Of a stretch of 64,000 bases of DNA, positions 32,301-45,689 are shown piece by piece. Position 1 is the stretch's first letter. Every line of letters starts with the position of its first letter. The notes under the pieces were generated by a model. It saw nothing but the letters and a program-made list of their open reading frames with translations. It did not search any database and was not told the origin of the DNA. This stretch comes from Saccostrea cucullata. Taxonomy: Eukaryota. Both the position numbers and the translations under genes were made by a program. The DNA is taken from NCBI RefSeq assembly GCF_032062105.1, contig NW_026930475.1, forward strand, positions 124,001 to 188,000, written 5' to 3'.

Positions 32301-35300
32301 CTCAAACTCCCGGGGGAGGAGGCAGCCAAGAACAAAGACCTCGTACAGAGACTGGAGAGTAAGTCTCACTGTCTGTAGATTAATGTTCAGAAATATTATG
32401 TAGAATGTTATTTTGCCTTCAAATATTATAATATAGACTTGGTGTAGGTGTCTCTTATTGACATTTTGGTAAAGATGACTGCATGTGACTAATTGTGTAC
32501 ATGGAGGCATATTTAGTCTCCAAGCTACAGAAAAAACATTTTCAGAGCTCAGATGCAACTCTGTCTTTGAATCTGTGTGTGCATGACTTTAAAGGAACAG
32601 TTCAGCATAAAGCTTTTAATCCTCTAGAGGATGCCAAGATGCTTGTCTCTTTAATAAAATGATTTAATTACGCACCACATTTTTCATACCTAAATAATCT
32701 GAATAATTTTCCTATTATAGCAGTCTTTTCATTGCAGATTTTCATTGTGTACTTGTTGTACATATGTTATTTAATTGTTTTTCATAAACATGGAATGATG
32801 TGCTCATTGTTGTGATCAACAAATACTTTTCTTCAATTGTAAATTCTTCTCTGCAGCTGCCATGATACACTGGGCCAGGCAGATAAAGGAAGTTCTCAGT
32901 AATCAGGACGCCTTTGAAATGGCTGAAAACTCGGGTCCATTAGATGAGATTGAATTCTGGAAGAATCGGTGTGCAGATTTGACTGGCATCAGTACTCAGC
33001 TGGACAAACCAGGTGTCAAAAAGATCACAGAGATCCTGACTCTGGCTAAGTCATCATATGTAGGACCCTTCCTAAAGCTGTCCAGTGAAATCAAGGTAAA
33101 GTCACTGACACTCCAAGTACATAAACAGATCTATGAAGATGAGTGACTGTGTCACAAAATATATATATTGATTAAACATCCACATTTTCAATAATATTTA
33201 TGTTTGACTATTACTAATATAAGTCAAACTGCAATTAAAGATATATATAGTTATCTTAAAATTTCTTAACACATTCTTTACTTTGATGGTTTAGTTAATA
33301 AGATGTTTGTTAATGGTATCCTTAACAGGAGGGGTCTCGCCAGGCCGAGAGCAATCTGAAATTTCTTATGGTTCTCAAAGATCCCTGTTACGAATTGTCT
33401 GAAGCCAAACCAAAGGACATAGCAGCTATGTTACCCAAAATTCTTAATACGATTAGATTTATATGGGTGAATTCTGAATTTTACAAAACAAGGGAGAGAC
33501 TTACAGGAATTCTGAAAAAGGTCAGTTCTGAATCAGTGAAAATTTAAGTCTGCAATTTAAGACACCTTCTTTATTATGATGCAAGCATTATTCAATGATA
33601 TATTCAATTAAATGAAATACTTCTGATTCATTGCTGTATAAGTGCATTCTTTTAAGAAAGGATTTAGATGCTAATAAGACATTATTACATGATTGTATAA
33701 TAATTTGTGTTTTCTGATACAGATCAGCAATGAAGTAATCCGGAGGTGCTGCAGGGACATCAATCTAGATAAGATATTTGACGGTTACGTCCAGACAGGA
33801 CTGAAGTCACTCAACGACAGCATTGACTGCTGCGAACAGTGGAAGGAAATCTACAGAAAAGTAAGGACAATCAATCAAAGGGGCTTGTCAAATTTTACAC
33901 AAAAAGGTTTCACATATGTCTGACCCTTCTTCTTGTTTGTTGTAAATTTTTAAAAATATATTGTATGTTGTATGGGACATTTTTTTTTCTGTTTACGTGT
34001 TACACTGGTGATGCCTGTTATGTTGCAGACAGCCAGATTGCATCACAAATTCTCACCTGTTGGATGGGTGTTGGACAAAAGCAGTATTTTTGCCCAAATT
34101 GATGCATTCATTCAAAGATGCAAAGACTTGATTGAAGTTTGTGAAGCTCAGATTCATTTCGCTCGCCGTGAAGATGGTGAGAAAATGGAAATGCCCCATT
34201 TTGCAGGACAGAAGGGGCCCGAGATTGCCCGAGGCTTGATGGAGATCGAGGCAGCTTTTGAGCGAAATCTCAACCAACTGAGATCAGTAAAGAGTACAAT
34301 ACTGGACGTGAAGGCAACGTCATGGCATGATGACTACAACAGGTAAATTTAAAACTGTCAGAAATTGTTAACTCAATTAAATTATCAGAATTCATATACT
34401 GAGATGTTGAACTATTTGTGACATACATTTAGTTACAATGTATGTATCATAAACTACATCAGAATTTCTATCTACATTTTAAAAATTGCAATGTATAACA
34501 TATACAGTTAAATAAATTGTACCAATAGGTTCCGTGCTGGAATAAAGGATCTGGAGGTGATGATGACTAATGTGATCACGTCTGCGTTTGACACTGTCAC
34601 CACTGTGGAGCAAGGAGTCGAGTTACTGGACATCTTCATGCATTTGTCTTCAAGAGAGGTAATGTCCTGTAAAAGCAGATTTAGTTATTTGATTATTTGC
34701 TATCTGTAAATTAATAAACTTTGAACTCTATTGGACCTTTGTACCTTTATCAAATTTTATTCTTAACATCTTCAAAATCTGCTTGGATAAAGCAGTTTCT
34801 GGCTGTGGATTATCAAGGGTGGATCTGTCAAATTTTGTAAAAGTAGGTGTTGGAAGGTTGATATTTTTTCTTTTAATCTGCTTGGATCAACCTTCAGATC
34901 TGCACTCAACGTAGAAACACTGAAATTAATATTACTGTTGCATATGTTCTTTTTTGGTGTCAAGTCCGCTGATTAATTTTAGTTTGTATGTGTATAGAGA
35001 TAGCTTTGCTGAATGTACATAAGTGTTACATGTTACTTATAACACTGCGTTGAAAGTATCCTTGACCTCTTCAACGTTGCTTCTCTTTGTTATTTCCTGT
35101 ACAGGCATTGCTGGTTACTGTCATAACTTTTGTTCTTGTAGGCCAGTGCTTCTCGCTACTTCTTTAATTTTGATTGTTCTTTGCAAACTCTTTCTGTTAC
35201 TTGATATTAGGCAGATGTCACTAATTTTGATGTTGAAGTTAAGAATGTAAGTATGATATGGAATGTTTCTGTGGAATGACAGAATTAATAAAATATGCAA

Positions 35301-38300
35301 GTCCACTCATGAGATTGTGAACAATTTCTATAACCTCATGCTCTATTTACAATATTAAGATTCTTTTTTCCCCAAATAAAATTAGAATAGTTTTAAAGCT
35401 TTATAATGTTAATATACCAAGAAAGTAGTGCTCTCACCAAAGGAAAACTTTACATACATATATAATATTTTATAAATCAATTTAAAGTAATGCTTCAATC
35501 AAGAGAAATAAAACTACATGTGTATTTAATTTTTTAAAAGACATAGTTTGGAGTTTTAAATAACATGTCTTGAAAATTCATTTTGAATGAAAAGATTAGG
35601 AAATTTTTAAGCTAACAAGCTGAAGCAGAACTGTGTGCTGAATTCTAATGGTCTAATAGATAAATTCCATCAGTTTATGTGAACTTGAATGAAATGATTT
35701 TAATGAAAATTTCATTTGCATGGTACAAATGATAAAAGGTATAGAAAAATGTGCATGTGTGTGCTATTAAATCTGGTTGATTCTTCAATGAAAATAACTA
35801 CCAGTATTTTTCTGACCATACCATCTGTAGCTGCATATTATTCCATTAATATATGCATTGAATTTTAAAATACCTAATTTATAAATCACTGCAAATTTTA
35901 GAACCAGTGTATTTGAAAAAGTGCCAAGCATTAATTCTATTGATGTGTTCCAATTGTTAAATTCAGACTGAATCAAATCTTTAAATGGCTTTAATTTTCA
36001 GGTTCAGATATATCAAGTTCTTTAAAAGAACATTGCAATGAATCATTTTGAAAATCCTTTAAGAATTTACCTTTGAAATAAATTAAGAATTACTACTGTA
36101 TATTCATTCCTTCATTGTGCTACATAAGGAACTTTTAAATTTGATAAAAGAAATAGTACATGTAGTTCCTTAATGTACCAAACAATAAAATATTAAATGC
36201 ATTGAATCATTTTATTTGTTACTTTATCAATTTAATAGTATACTCATCAAAAGATATACATCTATATTTTTGTGGAATTTCCCATGCAATTTGGCAACCA
36301 TTAATTTCTAAAGCTGTTTTACAATAGTACATATATGACCTAAGCAACCCCTCACCCAGGGGATGATGAAGTCACAAGAGAGGGTTAAGAAAATTGAGAG
36401 AATTGTATTTTTTTAAAATGAAGATTCTTTTAAGAGCAAAAATAACATAAAGTCTGGCTAAATTATATTTTTGTAATATATGAATTTTGTACCTTTGTCT
36501 GTCTTTGAGGCTACAAGATATTCTAAGTTTCAACAACAACAAATCATTGTGTGACCCACAGGTCTCTTGTTAATGTATATTTTGCAGAAAACCCCTTTTT
36601 TATTTCCAGTGATTTTAAGGATTCTGTATTTCAGGCATGCACTACATTTTAAACGACAATTTTTATGTTTGATTTTATTACATAGGCTATCAGGAGAACC
36701 ATAGATAAGAAGAATGTTGATGTTTACCTGATGTTTAATGATGAACTCAATGCTGTGAAGAAGGAACTCACCAACAAAGCCAAGTCACCCATCCCCTGGC
36801 ATCCGAAGTTTGCCGGACAAGCTCTGTGGGCCAGGCAGCTAAAGAGGAGGATTGAGAGAGTCATGATGGTTAGTATGTCCTCCTGAAATATTTCGTTCTC
36901 TACATTTTGTATGGTCTTGCTCTTGTTCTGATATTGTAAACATGGAAACTATGAAAATCTGGAAAAGAGTCACAGTGATGAAATTCAGAAAGTGACCATT
37001 GTCATCAGTAGTCTCTGTCTTTGTCTCGGCATCAATTAATGGATAATTTTACCATTAAAAATTGTCAAGCTTTAAGTCCATGCATCAATATTTAACCTTG
37101 TTGATGTAATATTTGCAGTAAAAGGTACAATAAAATAAATATATTCATTGTACATGACCATGTACCCTTGAATAATACTTTGTCGACTTGAGTCACATAA
37201 TAGTTCTAATGATTGATGTTTTGTTACAGGTTCTGGACAGAGCATTCTTTCTACCTCCCACTGGTAAGAGTGAGGAAGTGAGGACCCAGTACCAGCAGCT
37301 GTGTCAGGCTCTGGACGAATACATCAGAAAAACATTCCACGAGTGGACGCTTACTGTGGACAAGGTACAGGATAGAATCAGTGTCTGGTTATCAAAGATC
37401 ATTTGAACAAAAGAATTTTAAAAATTGTCATCGTAGATCATTTGAACAAAAGAGTAATTAAAAAATCTTTGAAGTGAGTTTTTAATGAAATAGTGAATTA
37501 TATATATTCAGATGTGTAACTTATTGCAGGAGCCAGAGAAGTTACTGGAAGTACCGCTGATGTGTCGAAGTTCTGAGAGACCCCCAATGTTGGACATCAA
37601 CTTTAATAGGTAGATGTTAGCAGATAGGATGAATAACATTTAGTGTTTTAAATTTGTTAGGAAGTGTAGATGGTAGACTAAAGGCCCTTTAGCAGCATAA
37701 TCATAATTGGAAAAAATGTAAAGGGTAAAACATAAAAATATACAAATCTCCCTGAAGATGCATAGATTGACAATGTATGTTTTGTGTTACAGAGGCTTGC
37801 TGAAGATGTTCCAGGAAATCCACTACTGGGAGCGGCTAATGTTTGAGATTCCTCATTATGCTACAAATGTGTACAACAAACGGGAGGATCTAAGATCTCT
37901 CCGGGAACATGTCCTCCTTGTTGTTAGGGATTACAACAGGTCAGTAGAAGAATGCATAATATGTCTTTAAAAGTTTACTTCTAAAAAATCAAATACACAT
38001 GATAAAATAAGGATAATGTGGAAGATGAAGTCTCAATCCTCACTCCTTTAGTGTGTTGCTGTAAGAGAATTTTTTTTTATCCTTTTTAGCTTGATGACTC
38101 AATAGAGCTCATATTAATTTAAAAAGAACTTAGTATGAGCAATTGCTTCTGTTATAACCTGAATGAATTTAACAAAAAATCTTGCAGTCATTTGATTTTA
38201 ATTTGAAGTCATCTTGTCAAAGTGCACATCTTATATGGTATCTTGCAATCTGTTGATTCTTTTAGGATCATAGCTGCATTGTCTTTGGAAGAGAGAGGAT

Positions 38301-41300
38301 TATTCAGAGAGAGAATCCGATTCCTTGATAAGAAAATACACCCAGGACTTACAAAGTTAACTTGGGCTTCCAAGGGCATTTCAGACTATTTTGTGACGGA
38401 TTGTCGGATTAATGCAGCCAAAATCCAAGCCATGGTGGACGACTACAAGGGAGCTAACCAGGAGATCTCCACGATGTGTGTTAAGATTAGTGAACTGTCC
38501 CTGATCAAGATAGACAACAGGAAAGTGTACGAGAATCTGGAGTTTGATGAAGAACAGGTGAGGAACCCAAAGCCATGCAGTGATCAGGCAGCAATTTTCT
38601 ATTTGAACTGAAACTTACTGTAAAAGCAAATCTACAAATCTGCTTAATCAAATCCTGAAATTTTACTGTAGAAATTATTTTATCATTTCTGTGTCATATC
38701 AGTGATGACCAGGGTGATAATGAGTATTTAAATATTATTTTTCTGTGGCCTGAAGTGTGTCTTAAGAATAGTTGTGTGATCTTAAAGTATTTCTTGTTCT
38801 TATATTTATTTCATGATTTATGATTTTCAGGCAAAACATCGAGAACTCACCACTGAAAAGCTGAAGACTATGCATATGGAAATAGTGCGAGTCATGAAGA
38901 AAACATTTGAAATCTTTAAAACAGATGGACAAGAGGTGACTCAAATTCAGTGAGAGTGGATGATGAATGTATTTAAGGGGGGTATTAATTCATTCAAAAT
39001 TGATGAGAGTATTTAATGGAGAACAACACTGTGCTCATTAAAATGTCTTTTTTGGGTAATACAGTTTTCTTATTTATTATAAAAAAAAGTTGTATCCTAC
39101 AGGGGGATGAATTTGAGATGAAAAATCAATTTTATAAAGGAAATAAGTATTTATAATTTTTGAAATGCCACCCATAGTAGAGTATTCATTAAATTATGAT
39201 TTATTTTTAAATAGATAATATTAATTTTTGTGTGTATGTTTCACAATATCCATGATTTAATTTTAAATAGTTAGCATTATCCTTTTGTGTAAATGTTAAG
39301 GTACAACAACATTGGGTGCGGTACTTGGAGAAGATGGACAGAATGGTGGAGGAGGCGTTCAGACTGAATGTGAAATGGTCACTGCAGGAATTATCTAAAG
39401 CAATCAATGGTGACGGAAAGTCAGCTCCCAACCCACTGTTCAGGGTCAAAGTCTGCTTACAGGGAGACAAGGTAACATTCTGCACAACAAAGCACATCTT
39501 TCTTCTATAAACAATTCTATAACTCCTTATTTGTGTGATTTAATCTGATCATTACCTGTATGTTGCAGGTTGAGTTCCAGCCCACCCTGAAGCAGTTGGC
39601 CTCTGTGATTGGAGGAATTGGCAGTCAGCTGACTAATTCTATCAAGGGAATCAACAGACTGCCACTTATACTGGCCAAGAAAAAATCTACAAAGGAGGTA
39701 TATTATCTAGTACCAGTTGTTTGGTCTATTTGTTTAATTGACACATCTTTTTCTCTAGGAGTGTTTAAACTGATCATGTTTTATCGTTACTTGCAGCCTA
39801 TATTTGCGGTGATAGCATCTGATGAGGAAACCAAAAAGATACAAACTGTCATCAATCAAGGAATGGCAACCAATGCTCAGAACCTCCAGAATTACCTCAG
39901 TACATGGGACAACTACAGAGAGATCTGGGAGATCAATAAAGACATGTTTATAAAGAGATACCAGAACCTCAACCCACAGGTGGCCTCCTTTGATGCTGAT
40001 ATTGCTAGGTCAGTCACCAAGTGTATTACTTTTTTTGACAAAACAGCAGAGTGCAATGTTTCACAACTAGATCCAAAGGCCTGTTCAGGTCATTTGACTC
40101 ACTGTGTTAACATCACTTTTTTTCTGTATACATGTAACTTAAAAGGTATAAGCAATGTTAAAACATAAAAATGTTTATAGTTTTTGGATTGGATTATAGG
40201 TATGATGAGGTGGCCAATAATGTGCAGACCCAGGAGACCATATTAAACATACAGTTTGTACTTCTGGACTGCTCTCCTCTGAAGTACGCCATTCTTAGTC
40301 ACTGTACTGAGTGGCAGAATAAATTCACCACTCTACTCAGTACCATCGCCACAACTCGACTCAAGGAGCTACACACATTCCTTAAAGAAAATGGAGAGAA
40401 GTAAGATATTGCATCATTAATCAATATTCTGTTTTCTAAATAATAATGAGTTTGAATCAGATTTAATGCTGAGGAGGTGCAAATTTTTGTAATCACATTT
40501 TGTTGATATGATATTGTCTGAATAAGTGAATAGGAAAAAAAAAGGGTCTTTTTTGTAATAGCAGAAAGTGACTCTTATTACTGACTATAAAGTGGAGACA
40601 AGAAAAATAATGCCAAAAAATAAAGGTCACACAAAGTTCAGTATTTAAATAATATCTGTCCATTTAGTGTCAGCAAACCACCCCAGACGTTGGATGAGCT
40701 AGGAGAAAGCCTGACCTTGTGGGAGAAGTTAAATGGTGGATTAGCAGAGACAGAGGCTAAGTTCCCACCTCTTCATGATCAATTCAGCATCCTGGAAAAA
40801 TACGAAGTGGCAATCAAGGAGGATGTGACAACCATGTTATCTGAACTCAGCAATGACTGGATAGAGTTCCAGCAGAAATTAATCGATTCTGAACAGATGC
40901 TTAAAAAACACAAGGTGAGCTTGATATTCTTATAATGAATATCTTATGAACCTAATTTTCATAACTGAGGAAGTACATGTATGTTGGAATTTTTTCTTTT
41001 AAGCTAGAATAATTTCTTTTACCAGCTAGGCTGGTAGAGCAATGTCTTGAAATTCATTACAATTATATACAAGCATTTTCAGTAAAAAAAAAAAAAAAAG
41101 CACCCAATTCTATGAAATGAAATCAGCAACCTCTTGCTTTGTATCTCCCTAAATAAAATTCTTTTGTCTTCAGGAAAAATTCAGAAGTGGATTGCTGGCC
41201 CAGTCTGAAGAATTCAAGAAACAGGTTCACAATTTGGTTGACGAGTTCCAAACCAAAGGCCCGTTCACCAGCACCATCGCTACGGCCGAGGCCCTGGAGA

Positions 41301-44300
41301 ACATCAACAACATCCGATCTCAGATGGAGGCTCTGAAGAAACAGGAACAAGAAATCCGTAAAGGGCTCAACATCTTCAAGATTGATCAACCACCGTCAAA
41401 GGAGATCGCAAATCTAGAGAAAGTAAGAATGCCTAGTAAAAGAGGTTAATCCTTCACATGACATGGAAGATATTAAACATAGTTGTGATGTAAGAAGGAT
41501 GTGCTGTTTTACAAAGTATTCATCCTTTCATGCTTTTATGCTACACATAACTCGCATTTGAGATTAAATGACATTGGTTGTTAAAGAAACAAACATAGGG
41601 CATAGTTCAATGTTTATGTATATTGTATTCATACGTACAATGGAACATGGATTGATATTTGAAATACTGTTATGTCAAAATGACCATTACAATTGTTGTA
41701 TTGAAGGATCTGGAGGTGATTGAGACGATCTGGAACCTGAACAAAGAATGGGAAGGCCTCTGGGGAGACTGGAAGGGGGACCAGTTTACTCAGCTTCAGA
41801 CTGACAACATGGAGACCTCCTCACAGACAATATATAAGAAACTGAACAGGATGAGCAAAGAATTAAAGGTAGGTCTATCAGTTACATGATGATGCACAGG
41901 TCACCCATGGATGACTGTTTATTGTGATCATGACAATGTGACTGTTCAAAAAAATGTGCTGGAAACAATACATATCTTCTTTGTTTCTCCTGTAGGATAA
42001 GAATTGGGAGGTTGTGGAAACAAGCAGGAATCGTGTAGATCAGTTCAAGAGAACCATGCCACTGATTACTGATCTGAAGAACAAAGCCATGAGACCTCGT
42101 CACTGGGACAAAATCCAGGTAAAGCAGTACTTCAGTTGTACACAACATGAAGGAAAAGCCTTCCTCAAGATTTAAAAAAATATATATATTAAATTTAAAT
42201 TTTTGGGTTCAAATCCACTTAGATTATTATTGATAATTGTATTGTTAATTATTTCTTAAGACTGAGATGCAGCGACAATTTGATCACAAATCAGAAGATT
42301 TCACCTTGGAAAAGATCATAGAATTTGGATTTGATCAGTATGCCGAAACAATCGGTGACATCTCTGGTGCTGCAACCAAGGAGTTGGCAATTGAACAGGT
42401 AAACTTATCATCCATTTGAAAATTATATACCTCTTACTGTAAATGAGATATTGTTTTTCAATAAAAATTCCATCCATTTGTATCTTTAGGGCCTGGAAGC
42501 CATTGCCAGAACATGGGAGAGTACAGAATTGGATATAACCTCCTACAAAGACAGAGGTCATTTCAAAGTCAGGTGGGGGTTGTTTGAGTATATTCTACTG
42601 AAGTGTAATGTGTTTTTTGTTGGAAAATATCATAATGATTATAGAAAAATAATGGCCCCAAACTTTGATTTATAGGAGTACAGATGATGTGTTCACGGCT
42701 CTGGAGGACAATCAAGTCCAGCTCTCCACAATGAAAGCCTCCAGGTTCGTCAAGGCCTTCGAACAGGAAGTGGATAAATGGGAAAGAACTCTGTCTCACA
42801 TCCTGGAAGTAGTAGAGATGCTGCTGACTGTACAGCGACAATGGATGTACCTCGAGGTAAAGGGATTATATGTGTTTTTAATAGTTCATAGGCACTATAC
42901 ATGTATCTGTCTTAGGTAAATTAAGTGGTATAAAAGCATAAAATTAGATCTTAATTAAGTAGAAGTGGTTAAAGTGGTTCATAGGCATTAGATGTTTCTT
43001 TAAATAAATGTATTTAAAGATGCATTCTCTTATGTGCAGTGAATGCTGTATTGTCTACTAATTGAAACATTTAGTCTTATAGCCAGATGAAGTTACCTGG
43101 CATACTATAGCACTAATTTTCTCAATTCCAAATTTTCCTAAATTCAATTTTTTTAAATAATTACAGAATATCTTCCTGGGGGAAGACATCAGGAAACAGC
43201 TACCACGGGAGTCAGCTGACTTTGATGACGTTAACGCCAAGTGGAAAGTCATTATGACCAGGCTAAACAAGGACCGTAATGCACTGAGAGGAACTCATCA
43301 CGAAGGTAAAATTACCAAGCGTCTAGTAGAGATGTAGAACATCAGTAGTATAATTTGCCCATATGAGCCCTTGATTCCAGAGTTACTCTAGAAACTTACA
43401 TTTAATGTACGTGTATGTGTTAATTTACTCAGGAAATGTCTGTAGATTTCGTAAATCTTTGTCCCAAACAATCCCTGAAATGAATCACTTCTGGAAGTCT
43501 CAAAATGTACCAGTAAACAAATAAAGGCACACATCTTTGAAATTGTGGATAAAAAAGTTTGAATTACCATAATTGTTTTTTAAAGTTGTTTAAATACCCA
43601 CTTGATTTGATTGCTTTACTTTTGTGACAGGTTTACTGGAGGAGCTGAATGACATGAACGTGAAGCTGGAGGAGATTCAGAAATCCCTGGACATGTATCT
43701 GGAGACCAAGCGACAGATCTTCCCACGATTCTACTTCCTGTCTAATGACGACTTGTTAGAAATCCTAGGACAGTCCAAAAATCCCAAAGCCGTGCAGCCT
43801 CATCTCAAAAAATGCTTCGACAACATCAAGAGCTTGGATATGAACAAGGTAAAACTGACTAAGTTTGCAGTACCCAAACAATGTAGTCTCATATTTATGA
43901 TTTTTGTCACAGATATAGATATAAATGACTGTTATTAGATAAAATGTTCTGTATTTAGCCTGGACTGAAATGGGAGGCCAATGCTATGATATCCTCAGAT
44001 GGAGAAGTGGTGCCCTATGAGAGACCTGTTTACTTGGATGGACCAGTAGAGGTAGGAAAAAATATTCAATGGGATCACAACAGCATTTCAACTGCATTGT
44101 GCATACTTTGAAAGAATGTATTAATTAAAAGCATTGTTGGAAATGAATAAAAATGTTTTCTATGCTGCCAGTTAATGCTATGTTTCCAGTCATTTTCAGG
44201 TGATTACCATTATATTTCACTCATTTCAATGTCTATCAGGTACAATATATCAGTGTTTATCTGTTTTAGTCTTGGTTATGTGATGTGGAGAAGACAATGA

Positions 44301-45658
44301 GATGGACTTTACAAGATGAACTAAAAAAATGTAAAGGAAATTTGAAACAGAAGCATGGCATGACAAAGAGAGACAAGTGGATTAAGGACCATCCTGGTCA
44401 GCTGTGTATTACAGCCAGTCAGATTCAGTGGACAGCTGATGTAGAGAAAGCCCTGAGGCTGACCAAAGACAGAGGCGACAAGAAGGCACTCAAAACCATG
44501 AAAAAGAAACAAGTGGCCATGTTGAACAAGCTGTCTGAAGCCATCCGAGGAAAACTGGAAAAAATGCAGCGATTGAAAATTGTGGCTCTTGTGACCATTG
44601 AGATTCATGCTAGAGACATTATTGAGAAACTAATCAAAGGGGGTGTGTCTGATGAAAATGCCTTTGAATGGCTGAGCCAATTGAGACTTTACTGGGAAAA
44701 GGTGATTATTGCTAATAGAGCAAACTTACAAAGAGTTGATGTGTCATTCATGTATGCACTGGATATGAAAGCGTAAATATTCAAAAGCAAAGATCATGCA
44801 AATCAAGTATACATTGTTCATTTACTTTCTTTTTTAATATTTTGTTCTAGCCTCCAATCGATAACTGTGTAGTGAAGCAGACTAACACACAGTTCCCGTA
44901 CGGCTATGAGTACCTAGGAAATTCTGGTCGTCTGGTCATCACCCCCCTTACTGACAGATGTTATGTTACCCTAACGACGGCCCTTCACCTCCATCGAGGG
45001 GGGAGTCCTAAAGGCCCCGCAGGAACCGGCAAAACTGAGACCGTCAAAGATCTGGGCAAATCTCTGGGCATGTACGTCATTGTCGTCAACTGCTCCGAGG
45101 GCTTAGATTATAAATCTATGGGCAAAATGTTCTCAGGTCTAGCCCAGGTATGTTTAATGAATGTTTATTTTGTCCATCATTTTTATATTTGATTGTCAAT
45201 TGAATATTGATGAAATTTGTTCTTTCCATCAAATATGTTCAAGTTACATTAGAAATGCATTAACCCCTTCCATGGCAAAGATTTTAAGCATTTTTAGACA
45301 AATTGATATTAAGATTTCAATGCATTTTTGGGGTATTTCTTGTAATTTTTGTATATACCAATGTATATATATTCTGAAAGCAGGTATTGTGTTGTTTCTG
45401 AAAATGATTATAAAATTTCATTTCAGTTGTCATGGCAACAAAATACACCATGATCATGCTGGAATTTCCATTTATTAAACAATGATTTTCATTCTAGTTT
45501 TTTGCATAGTTAGATATATAAAAAAATATTGTATTGTTGTGGACATTGAAAATTATGAACATGTTGTGATGTAAACACGTACCAGAATTTAGCATTTTTA
45601 GCTCTACTGGTCAGAGACCAGAAGATCTTATGCGATAGTAATGCGTCCGTCGTCCGTC

Positions 45659-45689
<31 letters not shown>

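Noticed and set aside
33316-33328. Second U12 intron (GTATCCTTAACAG)
   Set aside because: The motif abuts the acceptor AG, too close for a branch point, and the intron's donor is an ordinary GTAAAG.
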